A stretch of DNA of 64,000 nt, taken from an uncultured Actinomycetota bacterium. GTDB lineage: Bacteria; Actinomycetota; Actinomycetes; Mycobacteriales; Mycobacteriaceae. The stretch lies in contig CAVVUH010000038.1 of the NCBI GenBank assembly GCA_963751315.1, positions 148,590-212,589 on the forward strand. The letters run 5' to 3'. Below, piece by piece: positions 8,642 through 16,818 of this stretch; the stretch's first letter is position 1, and each line of letters opens with the position of its first letter. The translations under genes were made by a program, and so were the position numbers. The notes below the pieces were generated by a model. That model saw nothing but the letters and a program-made list of their open reading frames with translations. It ran no database searches and was not told the origin of the DNA.

Positions 8642-10354
8642 ATGCAGCATGGCACAGTGGCCCTTCGAACCGTACCCGTCGAAACAAGGCGCCAGCCGCG
8701 TGGCGAATCGCCGCCGCCAAAGCGCTATGAGCGCATCTTCGACGGGTACAACACCGCGGGCAGCTACGCGGATGCCTTCGATGAGATGTTCGATGGTCAG
8801 GGCAACATCCGCGGCCCGTACAAGGGCATCTACGCCGAGCTTGCGCCGTCGGATGCTTCCGACCTCAAGGCGCGCGCCGAGGCGCTCGGCCGTGCCTTCA
8901 GCGATCAGGGCATCACGTTTTCGCTGTCCGGTCAGGAGCGGCCGTTTCCGCTGGACCTGGTCCCACGGGTGATCTCGGCAGCCGAGTGGACGCGGTTAGA
9001 GCGCGGCATCACCCAGCGCGTGAAAGCCCTCGAGTGCTACCTCGACGACGTCTACGGCGATCAGGAGATCCTGAACGACGGAGTCATCCCGCGCCGGCTG
9101 GTGACCTCCTGTGAGCACTTTTACCGCCAGGCCGCGGGCATCGTGCCGCCCAACGGCGTGCGCATTCACGTCGCCGGCATCGACCTGATCCGCGACGAAA
9201 AGGGCAGCTTTCGCGTTCTGGAGGACAACCTGCGTTCCCCGTCGGGGGTGTCTTACGTGATGGAGAACCGGCGCACGATGGCGCGGGTCTTTCCCAACCT
9301 ATTCGCCACCCACCGGGTGCGCGCCGTCGACGACTATGCCGCGCACCTGCTGCGTGCCTTGCGTAAGTCGGCAGCCACCAACGAGGCCGACCCGACCGTC
9401 GTCGTGCTGACCCCGGGCGTGGCCAATTCCGCTTACTTCGAGCATTCGCTGCTGGCCCGCCAGATGGGTGTCGAGCTGGTCGAAGGCCGAGACCTGTTCT
9501 GCCGCGACAACCAGGTGTACATGCGCACCACCGAAGGAGAACGGCAGGTCGACGTCATCTACCGGCGCATCGACGACGCTTTCTTGGACCCGATGCAATT
9601 CCGCCCCGATTCGGTGCTGGGCGTGGCCGGCCTGCTCAACGCCGCCCGAGCCGGCAACGTGGTGATTTCCAGCGCCGTCGGCAACGGGGTGGGCGACGAC
9701 AAACTCGTCTACACCTACGTGCCGACGATCATCGAGTACTACCTCGGTGAAAAACCGTTGCTGGCCAATGTGGACACCTTCCGGTGCTGGTTGGACGACG
9801 AACGCGAAGAAGTGCTGGACCGGGTCGGCGAACTGGTGATCAAGCCGGTCGAGGGGTCCGGCGGCTACGGCATCGTGTTCGGTCCGGAAGCCTCCAACAA
9901 GGAGTTGAACGCGATCAGCAAGAAGATCCGCGACGCCCCGCGGGGCTGGATCGCACAGCCGATGATGCAGCTCTCGACGGTCCCAACACAGATCGAGGAC
10001 AAGCTGACACCCCGATACGTCGACTTGCGACCGTTCGCGGTCAACGACGGCGACGACGTGTGGGTTTTGCCCGGCGGTCTGACCCGGGTGGCGCTGGTCG
10101 AAGGATCGCGGGTGGTGAATTCCAGTCAAGGCGGCGGCTCCAAGGACACCTGGGTGCTGGCGTCGCGGACCTCGCTGGCCGATCGCGAGCTCGGCGCCGC
10201 CCAGATCGTGCGGTCGCTGCCCACCCCGGTCACCAAGTCCAACGGCGACTCGGACGGGGAAAAACCTTCGCAGCAGCAGCAACAGTCGCAGCTGCGCCCG
10301 ACGCAGGAGCAGCAGCCCGCCCAACAGCAACAGCAACAGGCGGTGACTCGCTGA
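8642..10354 (+). CDS. Circularly permuted ATP-grasp type 2 protein (Rv2411c-like) with a Gln-rich C-terminal tail
   Basis: The sequence matches the conserved family (FSLSGQERPFPLDLVPR, RVLEDNLRSPSGVSYVMENR, IKPVEGSGGYGIVFGP). The ATG at 8642 is chosen as start. The stop overlaps the next start. Confidence 0.8.
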   Translation: MQHGTVALRTVPVETRRQPRGESPPPKRYERIFDGYNTAGSYADAFDEMFDGQGNIRGPYKGIYAELAPSDASDLKARAEALGRAFSDQGITFSLSGQERPFPLDLVPRVISAAEWTRLERGITQRVKALECYLDDVYGDQEILNDGVIPRRLVTSCEHFYRQAAGIVPPNGVRIHVAGIDLIRDEKGSFRVLEDNLRSPSGVSYVMENRRTMARVFPNLFATHRVRAVDDYAAHLLRALRKSAATNEADPTVVVLTPGVANSAYFEHSLLARQMGVELVEGRDLFCRDNQVYMRTTEGERQVDVIYRRIDDAFLDPMQFRPDSVLGVAGLLNAARAGNVVISSAVGNGVGDDKLVYTYVPTIIEYYLGEKPLLANVDTFRCWLDDEREEVLDRVGELVIKPVEGSGGYGIVFGPEASNKELNAISKKIRDAPRGWIAQPMMQLSTVPTQIEDKLTPRYVDLRPFAVNDGDDVWVLPGGLTRVALVEGSRVVNSSQGGGSKDTWVLASRTSLADRELGAAQIVRSLPTPVTKSNGDSDGEKPSQQQQQSQLRPTQEQQPAQQQQQQAVTR

Positions 10355-11331
10355 TGCTGGCCCGCAACGCCGAGGCGCTGTACTGGATCGGTCGCTACGT
10401 CGAGCGCGCCGACGACACCGCGCGCATTCTCGACGTCACCGTGCACCAACTGCTGGAGGACTCCAGCGTCGACCCTGACCACACCTCCCGAGTGCTCTTG
10501 CATGTCTTGGACATCGAGCCGCCGGACACCCAGTTGGACGTCTGGTCGCTGACCGACCTGGTGGCGTTTCGCCGCAACACCGCAGGCGGCTGCTCAATCG
10601 TCGACGCCATCTCAGCGGCGCGGGAAAACGCGAGGTCGGCCCGGGAGGTGACGTCCACCGAGACCTGGGAGTGCCTCAACACCACGTTCAACGCCCTGGG
10701 CGAACGTGAACGCGCCGCCAAACGCCTTGGCCCGCATGAGTTTCTATCGTTCATCGAGGGCCGCGCCGCGATGTTCGCCGGCCTCGCCGATTCCACGTTG
10801 TCACGTGACGACGGGTACCGGTTCATGATTCTGGGCCGGGCGATCGAGCGGGTGGACATGACGGTGCGGATGTTGTTGTCGCGGGTGGGGGATAGTGCAT
10901 CCTCGCCGGCGTGGGTGACGGTGTTGCGCTCGGCGGGCGCGCATGACACCTATCTGCGCACGTATCGCGGTGTGCTGGACGCTAACCGGGTCGTCGAGTT
11001 CATCCTGCTCGACCGGCTGTTTCCGCGGTCGGTCTTCTACTCGTTGAAGATGGCCGAACACAACCTCGACGAACTGCTGCACCATCCGCACAGTCGGATC
11101 GGTTCTACCGCCGAAGCGCAGCGGCTGCTCGGGCGGGCCCGCAGTGAACTCGAATTCATCCGGCCGGGTGTGCTGCTTGAAACCCTGGAGACACGACTGG
11201 CCAGCTTGCAGAAGTCATGCTATGACGTCGGAGAAGCGTTGGCGGTCCAGTACTTTCACGCTGTACCGTGGGTCGCCTGGTCCGATGCCGCCCAGCGTGA
11301 CCCGCTGCCGGCAAGGCCGGGGAAGAGCTGA
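10354..11331 (+). CDS. Alpha-E domain protein (Rv2410c-like)
   Basis: MLARNAEALYWIGRYVERADDTARILDV is the hallmark alpha-E N-terminus. TGATG overlap with the upstream gene at 10352-10356. Confidence 0.85.
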   Translation: MLARNAEALYWIGRYVERADDTARILDVTVHQLLEDSSVDPDHTSRVLLHVLDIEPPDTQLDVWSLTDLVAFRRNTAGGCSIVDAISAARENARSAREVTSTETWECLNTTFNALGERERAAKRLGPHEFLSFIEGRAAMFAGLADSTLSRDDGYRFMILGRAIERVDMTVRMLLSRVGDSASSPAWVTVLRSAGAHDTYLRTYRGVLDANRVVEFILLDRLFPRSVFYSLKMAEHNLDELLHHPHSRIGSTAEAQRLLGRARSELEFIRPGVLLETLETRLASLQKSCYDVGEALAVQYFHAVPWVAWSDAAQRDPLPARPGKS

Positions 11332-12170
11332 TGTGGCGGATGCGGGTTCTGCACGCCACCGGATACGCCTATCCGTCGCCGGCGACGGCCTCCTACAACG
11401 AAGCCCGGCTCACGCCGCGATCGGACTCCCGGCAAAATGTCGTTCTCAACCGTATCGAAACCGTCCCGGCCACTCGGTCATACCGCTACATCGACTATTG
11501 GGGCACCACGGTGACGGCATTCGACCTGCATGCGCCGCACATTGAGTTGACCGTCACGTCCTCGTCGGTTGTGGAAACCGACCGAGCGGAACCGCCGACC
11601 GAAAAACTCACCTGGGCCGACTTGCACAGCGAATCGGTAGTCGATCGGTTCGATGAGGTGCTTTGCCCTACCGAATACACGCCGGCAAGTAAACGTCTTG
11701 CGGCCGTGGGCAAGCGGATCGCTAAGTATCACGAGCCTGCCGAAGCCGTCGTCGCGGCCGGGGAGTGGGTGCGCAGCGAATTGGACTACGTTCGCGGCAC
11801 CACCGGCGTCCATTCGTCGGGTTTGGATGCGTTGCGCGAGGGCAAAGGCGTCTGTCAGGATTTCGTGCACCTGTCGCTGATTGTGTTGCGCAGCATGGGC
11901 ATTCCCGGACGTTATGTGTCTGGTTATCACCATCCCAGCTCGGATGCGGTGGTGGGGGACACCGTCGACGGGCAGAGCCACGCCTGGATCCAGGCCTGGA
12001 CCGGAAGTTGGTGGGATCTCGACCCCACCAACGACAGTGAGATCACCGAGCAGTACATCAGCGTGGGCGTCGGCCGCGACTACGCTGACGTGTCCCCGCT
12101 GAAGGGCATCTACTCCGGACAAGGCGCCACCGACCTCGACGTGGTCGTCGAAATCACCCGGTTGGCATAG
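11331..12170 (+). CDS. Transglutaminase-like cysteine peptidase-fold protein (Rv2409c-like)
   Basis: Catalytic-core motifs GKGVCQDFVHL (Cys), SHAWIQAW (His) and WWDLDPTND (Asp). The start overlaps the upstream stop at 11329-11333. Confidence 0.85.
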   Translation: MWRMRVLHATGYAYPSPATASYNEARLTPRSDSRQNVVLNRIETVPATRSYRYIDYWGTTVTAFDLHAPHIELTVTSSSVVETDRAEPPTEKLTWADLHSESVVDRFDEVLCPTEYTPASKRLAAVGKRIAKYHEPAEAVVAAGEWVRSELDYVRGTTGVHSSGLDALREGKGVCQDFVHLSLIVLRSMGIPGRYVSGYHHPSSDAVVGDTVDGQSHAWIQAWTGSWWDLDPTNDSEITEQYISVGVGRDYADVSPLKGIYSGQGATDLDVVVEITRLA

Positions 12171-12172
12171 TC

Positions 12173-12199
12173 CCTATCGTTCACGGCATGAACGATAGG
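12173..12199. promoter_or_regulatory. Perfect 11-bp inverted repeat (CCTATCGTTCA-N5-TGAACGATAGG): a hairpin or operator
   Basis: I checked all 11 base pairs position by position. It lies 3 nt after the transglutaminase stop. The right arm contains the TG of the ATG (12188) of the next gene. Confidence 0.6.
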
Positions 12200-12880
12200 C
12201 CCGCAGAGGCAGCAGTTGGCCGGCGCCAGCATGGTGGACCGCCGTTGGCGCTCGTCGCCGCGATCTGCATAGGGCTGCTGTTCGGCGGTCTCGCGCTCGG
12301 CGTCGCACTCGGCGGTGTGATGCCGCTGCCCTACGGACCGGTCGCCGCGGTCCAGCAATACGTCCGCGCCGAGCAGCTCGCCGTGCAGGTGATCGCCGTG
12401 GCGGTGTTCGCCTCGTCGGTGCCGCTGGCCGTCTACGCGGCGACGGCCAGCGGCCGGTTGCGTCAACTCGGTGTCTGCGCGCCGGCAGCGACGATCGCAT
12501 TGACGGGCGGAATCTTGGCGGCCGGCGCGTTGGGGCTGACGGGTTTGGTGGCCTGGACACTGTCGCGGCCAGAGGTCAGCGGCGACACCGCGTTGGTTCG
12601 CGCGCTGTATTACCTGGTGTTTCTGGTTGGTGGCGCCGGGCACATCGTGGCGCTGGGCCTGCTTGTCGCCGGTATGGCGCTGCCCAGCCTCAGCCTCGGG
12701 CTGTTGCCCCGGCCGCTGGCTTGGGCCGGTCTGGCGATCGCCGGGCTGTCCGAATTGACGACGCTGGTGCTGTTCTGGCCGGTGCTGGGACCGATCCTGC
12801 CCGTCGCACGGGTCTCGGCGTTGGCGTGGCTGGTGGTGGCCGGCGCACGGCTCCCGCTGCCGCGCAAGACTATCGGGTGA
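12188..12880 (+). CDS. Integral membrane protein, unknown function
   Basis: 230 aa with about 6 hydrophobic segments. I recognise no family motif. Confidence 0.6.
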   Translation: MNDRPAEAAVGRRQHGGPPLALVAAICIGLLFGGLALGVALGGVMPLPYGPVAAVQQYVRAEQLAVQVIAVAVFASSVPLAVYAATASGRLRQLGVCAPAATIALTGGILAAGALGLTGLVAWTLSRPEVSGDTALVRALYYLVFLVGGAGHIVALGLLVAGMALPSLSLGLLPRPLAWAGLAIAGLSELTTLVLFWPVLGPILPVARVSALAWLVVAGARLPLPRKTIG

Positions 12881-13021
12881 GCGTTCACCCGGTACAGGTC
12901 GTTGCCGAGCATGCTGCCGTGGTCGTGACCTGGACTTGGCCTGATTTTTTCGAGCAGCTTTCACGATGACCGATCGCGCGTAGCCTGGTGTGAACCGGAT
13001 CACAATCGGTGGGAGGCTTCA

Positions 13022-13450
13022 ATGCGGATTGCAGATGTGTTGCGAAACAAGGGTGGCTCCGTGGTGACGACCAACCCTGACGCGACGGTGACTGAACTGC
13101 TGGCCGGGCTCGCCGGTCACAACATCGGCGCCATGGTGGTGGTCGGGCCCGATGGTGTCGTCGGCATCGTCTCCGAGCGTGACGTCGTACGCCAGCTGCA
13201 CGCCCACGGCGCTGCGGTGCTCTCGCAGCCGGTTTCGACAATCATGACGGCAGTGCTCTCGACCTGTAGCAAGTCCGACACGGTAGACAGTCTCAGCATG
13301 CTGATGACCGAACACCGGGTGCGCCACGTACCGGTACTCGACGACGGCAAGTTGATCGGCATCGTCAGCATCGGTGACGTCGTGAAAACGCGGATGGAGG
13401 AGCTGGAGGCCGAGCACGAGCAGCTGCAGTCCTACATCACCCAGGGCTGA
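13022..13450 (+). CDS. CBS domain pair protein (Rv2406c-like)
   Basis: 142 aa with GGGAGG before the ATG. Two CBS-like units are present (IGAMVVVGPDGVVGIVSERDVV, VRHVPVLDDGKLIGIVSIGDVV). Confidence 0.85.
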   Translation: MRIADVLRNKGGSVVTTNPDATVTELLAGLAGHNIGAMVVVGPDGVVGIVSERDVVRQLHAHGAAVLSQPVSTIMTAVLSTCSKSDTVDSLSMLMTEHRVRHVPVLDDGKLIGIVSIGDVVKTRMEELEAEHEQLQSYITQG

Positions 13451-13480
13451 CGGCCAGCAGCTCGACCGGAGCGGAGTAAC

Positions 13481-14068
13481 TCAGCTCCAGGAGTACTCGC
13501 TGCGCAGGCGGGCAGCGACGACGTCGAAGATCGCGCGTTCCAGGATTGCCCCCTCGCGGCGAATCCCCTCTTCGGGGACGTCCAGCACCCGGTCCAGCCG
13601 CACCCAGCTGGGCCTACCGTCGCCATCCCAGCTTCCGCTGCCGATTTCCACCCAGTCCCGGTCGGCGGCGTGTCTCTCCTGGCTGGACATCATCAGGCCG
13701 AGCAGCGTGTGCTGGTCGCGGCCCACGACCAGCACCGGGCGGTCCTTGCCGCGGGTGGGATCGTCCTCATAGGTCACCCACGTCCACACGATTTCGCCGG
13801 GGTCGGCCCGACCGTCCAAGTCGGGGGAGTAGACCAGCCTGCGGGCCCGATGCGCGGTGGGCGCGCTGATGCTGGTGACCGGGCGACCGGCGGTGATCTC
13901 AGACGGCGGTTCGGACGCCGTGCCGACGATCACATCCAAACCGATCTTGATGCCCCGTTGCACGGTCGGCGACTGTTGCAGCTGCCGGATCAGCTTCGGT
14001 GCCTCGTTGAACACCAAATTCTCTAGGTTTCTCTGAAACCGCTGCAACGTCCTCCACTGCGACGCCAT
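13481..14068 (-). CDS. PemK/MazF-like fold protein (Rv2405-like), with no adjacent antitoxin
   Basis: PGEIVWTWVTYEDDPTRGKDRPVLVVGRD resembles the PemK/MazF beta-barrel motif. Start set at MASQWRT (14068), because the longer ORF (to 14665) runs antisense through lepA. Confidence 0.6.
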   Translation of the reverse strand: MASQWRTLQRFQRNLENLVFNEAPKLIRQLQQSPTVQRGIKIGLDVIVGTASEPPSEITAGRPVTSISAPTAHRARRLVYSPDLDGRADPGEIVWTWVTYEDDPTRGKDRPVLVVGRDQHTLLGLMMSSQERHAADRDWVEIGSGSWDGDGRPSWVRLDRVLDVPEEGIRREGAILERAIFDVVAARLRSEYSWS

Positions 14069-14188
14069 GTTCGCAGCATAAGACGGCCCGGCGCGATTGT
14101 GTTCCGGCGAGGCTGCCTCGATACCCTGGAGGCAGCTCAGAGCGCCTAAGCATCCGCCGCTAGGCCGCCCGTCGACCAGGAGATTCCC

Positions 14189-16030
14189 ATCAGTAGTTTC
14201 GCCGACCAAACCTTCACCGCGCCGGCGCAGATTCGGAACTTCTGCATCATCGCCCACATCGACCATGGCAAGTCCACGCTGGCGGATCGGATGCTGCAGC
14301 TCACCGGCGTCGTCGACGAAAGGTCGATGCGCGCTCAGTACCTCGACCGGATGGACATCGAGCGCGAACGCGGGATCACGATCAAGGCGCAAAATGTGCG
14401 CCTGCCGTGGCGGGTCGACGGTGTTGATCACGTCTTGCACCTGATCGATACCCCTGGGCATGTCGACTTCACCTATGAGGTGTCCCGTGCGCTGGAAGCC
14501 TGCGAGGGTGCGGTGCTGCTGGTCGACGCCGCCCAGGGCATCGAGGCGCAGACGTTGGCCAACCTGTATCTGGCGCTCGACCGAGACCTGCACATCATTC
14601 CGGTGCTCAACAAGATCGACCTGCCCGCTGCCGACCCCGATCGATATGCCGGAGAGATCGCGCACATCATCGGGTGCGAGCCGAGCGACGTCCTGCGCGT
14701 GTCAGGCAAGACGGGGGAGGGTGTCGCCGATCTGCTAGATCACGTGGTGCGCGAGGTGCCGTCGCCCACCGGAGATCCCGAAGCGCCCACCCGCGCAATA
14801 ATTTTCGACTCTGTCTACGACATCTACCGCGGCGTGGTGACCTATGTGCGTGTCGTGGACGGCAAGATCGTCCCGCGCGAACGCATCGCGATGATGTCCA
14901 CCGGCGCGACCCACGAACTGCTCGAGGTCGGCATCGTCTCGCCCGAGCCGAAGCCGTCGGACGGCCTTGGTGTCGGCGAGGTCGGCTATCTGATCACCGG
15001 TGTGAAAGACGTCCGCCAGTCGAAGGTCGGCGACACCGTGACCACCGCGCGCCACGGTGCAAAGCAGGCACTGACCGGATACCGCGAACCGACGCCGATG
15101 GTCTATTCGGGGCTCTATCCCGTGGACGGATCGGATTACCCGGACCTGCGCGATGCGCTGGACAGACTGCAACTGAACGACGCCGCGCTGACGTACGAAC
15201 CAGAGACGTCCGTGGCGCTGGGCTTCGGGTTCCGGTGCGGGTTTCTGGGTCTGTTACACATGGAGATCACCCGCGAGCGCCTGGAACGTGAATTCGACCT
15301 CGACCTGATTTCGACCGCACCGAACGTGGTCTATCGAGTCGTGAAGGACGACGGGACAGAGGTCCGAGTGACCAACCCGTCGGACTGGCCGTCGGGCAAG
15401 ATCGCCACCGTCTACGAGCCCGTCGTCAAAACCACCATCATCGCCCCGAGCGAATTCATCGGCACCATCATGGAACTCTGCCAATCGCGGCGCGGCGAGC
15501 TCGGCGGGATGGACTACCTGTCACCCGAGCGGGTCGAATTGCGCTACACCATGCCGCTTGGCGAAATCATCTTCGACTTCTTCGATTTGCTGAAATCGCG
15601 CACTCGCGGCTACGCAAGCCTCGATTACGAGGAAGCCGGCGAGCAGGAGGGAGCGCTGGTCAAGGTCGACATCCTGCTGCAGGGCGAGGCCGTCGACGCT
15701 TTCAGCGCTATCGTGCACAAGGATGGCGCCGCGGCCTACGGCAACAAGATGACCACCAAACTCAAAGAGCTCATCCCGCGTCAGCAGTTCGAGGTGCCGG
15801 TGCAGGCGGCGATCGGATCCAAAATCATTGCGCGAGAGAATATTCGCGCGATCCGCAAAGATGTGCTGTCGAAGTGCTACGGCGGCGACATCACCCGCAA
15901 GCGCAAACTGCTGGAGAAGCAGAAAGAAGGCAAGAAGCGGATGAAGACCATCGGCCGGGTCGATGTGCCGCAGGAGGCCTTCGTCGCCGCGCTGTCAACC
16001 GATGCGGCAGGCGACAAGGCCAAAAAGTAA
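14189..16030 (+). CDS. lepA: Elongation factor 4 (LepA); start codon non-canonical or unresolved
   Basis: [20 protein letters not shown] (G1 P-loop), DTPGHVDF and NKIDL are all present. The P-loop is encoded at about 14237-14290, upstream of the first ATG/GTG/TTG (14291). An in-frame TAA lies at 14147. AGGAG at 14178-14182 sits 6 nt before the ATC at 14189. Confidence 0.9.
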   Translation: MSSFADQTFTAPAQIRNFCIIAHIDHGKSTLADRMLQLTGVVDERSMRAQYLDRMDIERERGITIKAQNVRLPWRVDGVDHVLHLIDTPGHVDFTYEVSRALEACEGAVLLVDAAQGIEAQTLANLYLALDRDLHIIPVLNKIDLPAADPDRYAGEIAHIIGCEPSDVLRVSGKTGEGVADLLDHVVREVPSPTGDPEAPTRAIIFDSVYDIYRGVVTYVRVVDGKIVPRERIAMMSTGATHELLEVGIVSPEPKPSDGLGVGEVGYLITGVKDVRQSKVGDTVTTARHGAKQALTGYREPTPMVYSGLYPVDGSDYPDLRDALDRLQLNDAALTYEPETSVALGFGFRCGFLGLLHMEITRERLEREFDLDLISTAPNVVYRVVKDDGTEVRVTNPSDWPSGKIATVYEPVVKTTIIAPSEFIGTIMELCQSRRGELGGMDYLSPERVELRYTMPLGEIIFDFFDLLKSRTRGYASLDYEEAGEQEGALVKVDILLQGEAVDAFSAIVHKDGAAAYGNKMTTKLKELIPRQQFEVPVQAAIGSKIIARENIRAIRKDVLSKCYGGDITRKRKLLEKQKEGKKRMKTIGRVDVPQEAFVAALSTDAAGDKAKK

Positions 16031-16062
16031 GCGCGCCGCGCAGACCAAGGTAAAAAGTAATA

Positions 16063-16812
16063 ATGCGGATGGTTGGATCGGCGACAGCGTTGGCGCTGGT
16101 CGCCGCGTTGGCAGTGGGCTGCGGCGGAGTTGTCAACGGCACGGCGACGCCGGCTCCGAATCTCAAGCCGCGACTTCTCACCGACGACACCGTCAGGCAG
16201 GTGCCTCTCGACGACGTCGCACTCTCGCGGATGCTCGGCCAGCCCTTTGTGGGGCGTATGCCGCCCGAGTTCGGCGGCCCCGATAAGCTCTACAGCCAGA
16301 TGCCGCCAGCCGATTGCCTAGGCGTCACGGCGATGCTGCAGAAAAGCGTCTACGAGTCAGCCGAGGTCAAAGATCTCGCCTCGGAGTCGTGGTGGAACAA
16401 CGGCGATCCGGCGCAAGTGATCAGCGTCATGGAGGGCGTGGTCACGTTGCCCACAGCCGCACAAGCCGAGGCGTTGTTCGCGAAATTCTCGGAGCAGTGG
16501 CAGCACTGCGACGGCGCGAAGGCAACGGAACAAACTGGCCCGATCAGCACGACGAACGTCATCAGCGACATCCGCGTCACCAATACCGTTGTCGCGGCGA
16601 CCAATACCGCGACCGCCGTATTGCCCAACATGCCGGCCCTGCAGCCCACCCCACAGGCACGTGCCATCGGTGTCCGGCTCAACTGCCTCGTCGAGGTCGA
16701 GGTGGTGTTCTTCGGCGACCGACGCCCGTCCGACCCAGGCTCGGCCAACCTGGACACCAGCGGCGTCGACATCGCCCACGCCATGATGGACAAAGTCAGC
16801 GCTTTGAGCTGA
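16063..16812 (+). CDS. Lipoprotein with a PknH-like extracellular sensor domain (LppR-like)
   Basis: Signal peptide with lipobox LAVGC. Conserved Cys pairs and the position after lepA match the LppR-type arrangement. Confidence 0.75.
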   Translation: MRMVGSATALALVAALAVGCGGVVNGTATPAPNLKPRLLTDDTVRQVPLDDVALSRMLGQPFVGRMPPEFGGPDKLYSQMPPADCLGVTAMLQKSVYESAEVKDLASESWWNNGDPAQVISVMEGVVTLPTAAQAEALFAKFSEQWQHCDGAKATEQTGPISTTNVISDIRVTNTVVAATNTATAVLPNMPALQPTPQARAIGVRLNCLVEVEVVFFGDRRPSDPGSANLDTSGVDIAHAMMDKVSALS

Positions 16813-16818
16813 TCGGCC

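Noticed and set aside
12173-12199. Resemblance of the palindrome to a LexA/Cheo SOS box
   Set aside because: The mycobacterial box is GAAC-N4-GTTC. Here the half-sites are in the opposite order (GTTC-N7-GAAC) with different spacing.
13481-14665. 394-aa version of the PemK-like ORF
   Set aside because: Its upstream 200 codons are antisense to the lepA GTPase domain. I used the internal start at 14068, just across from the lepA upstream region.
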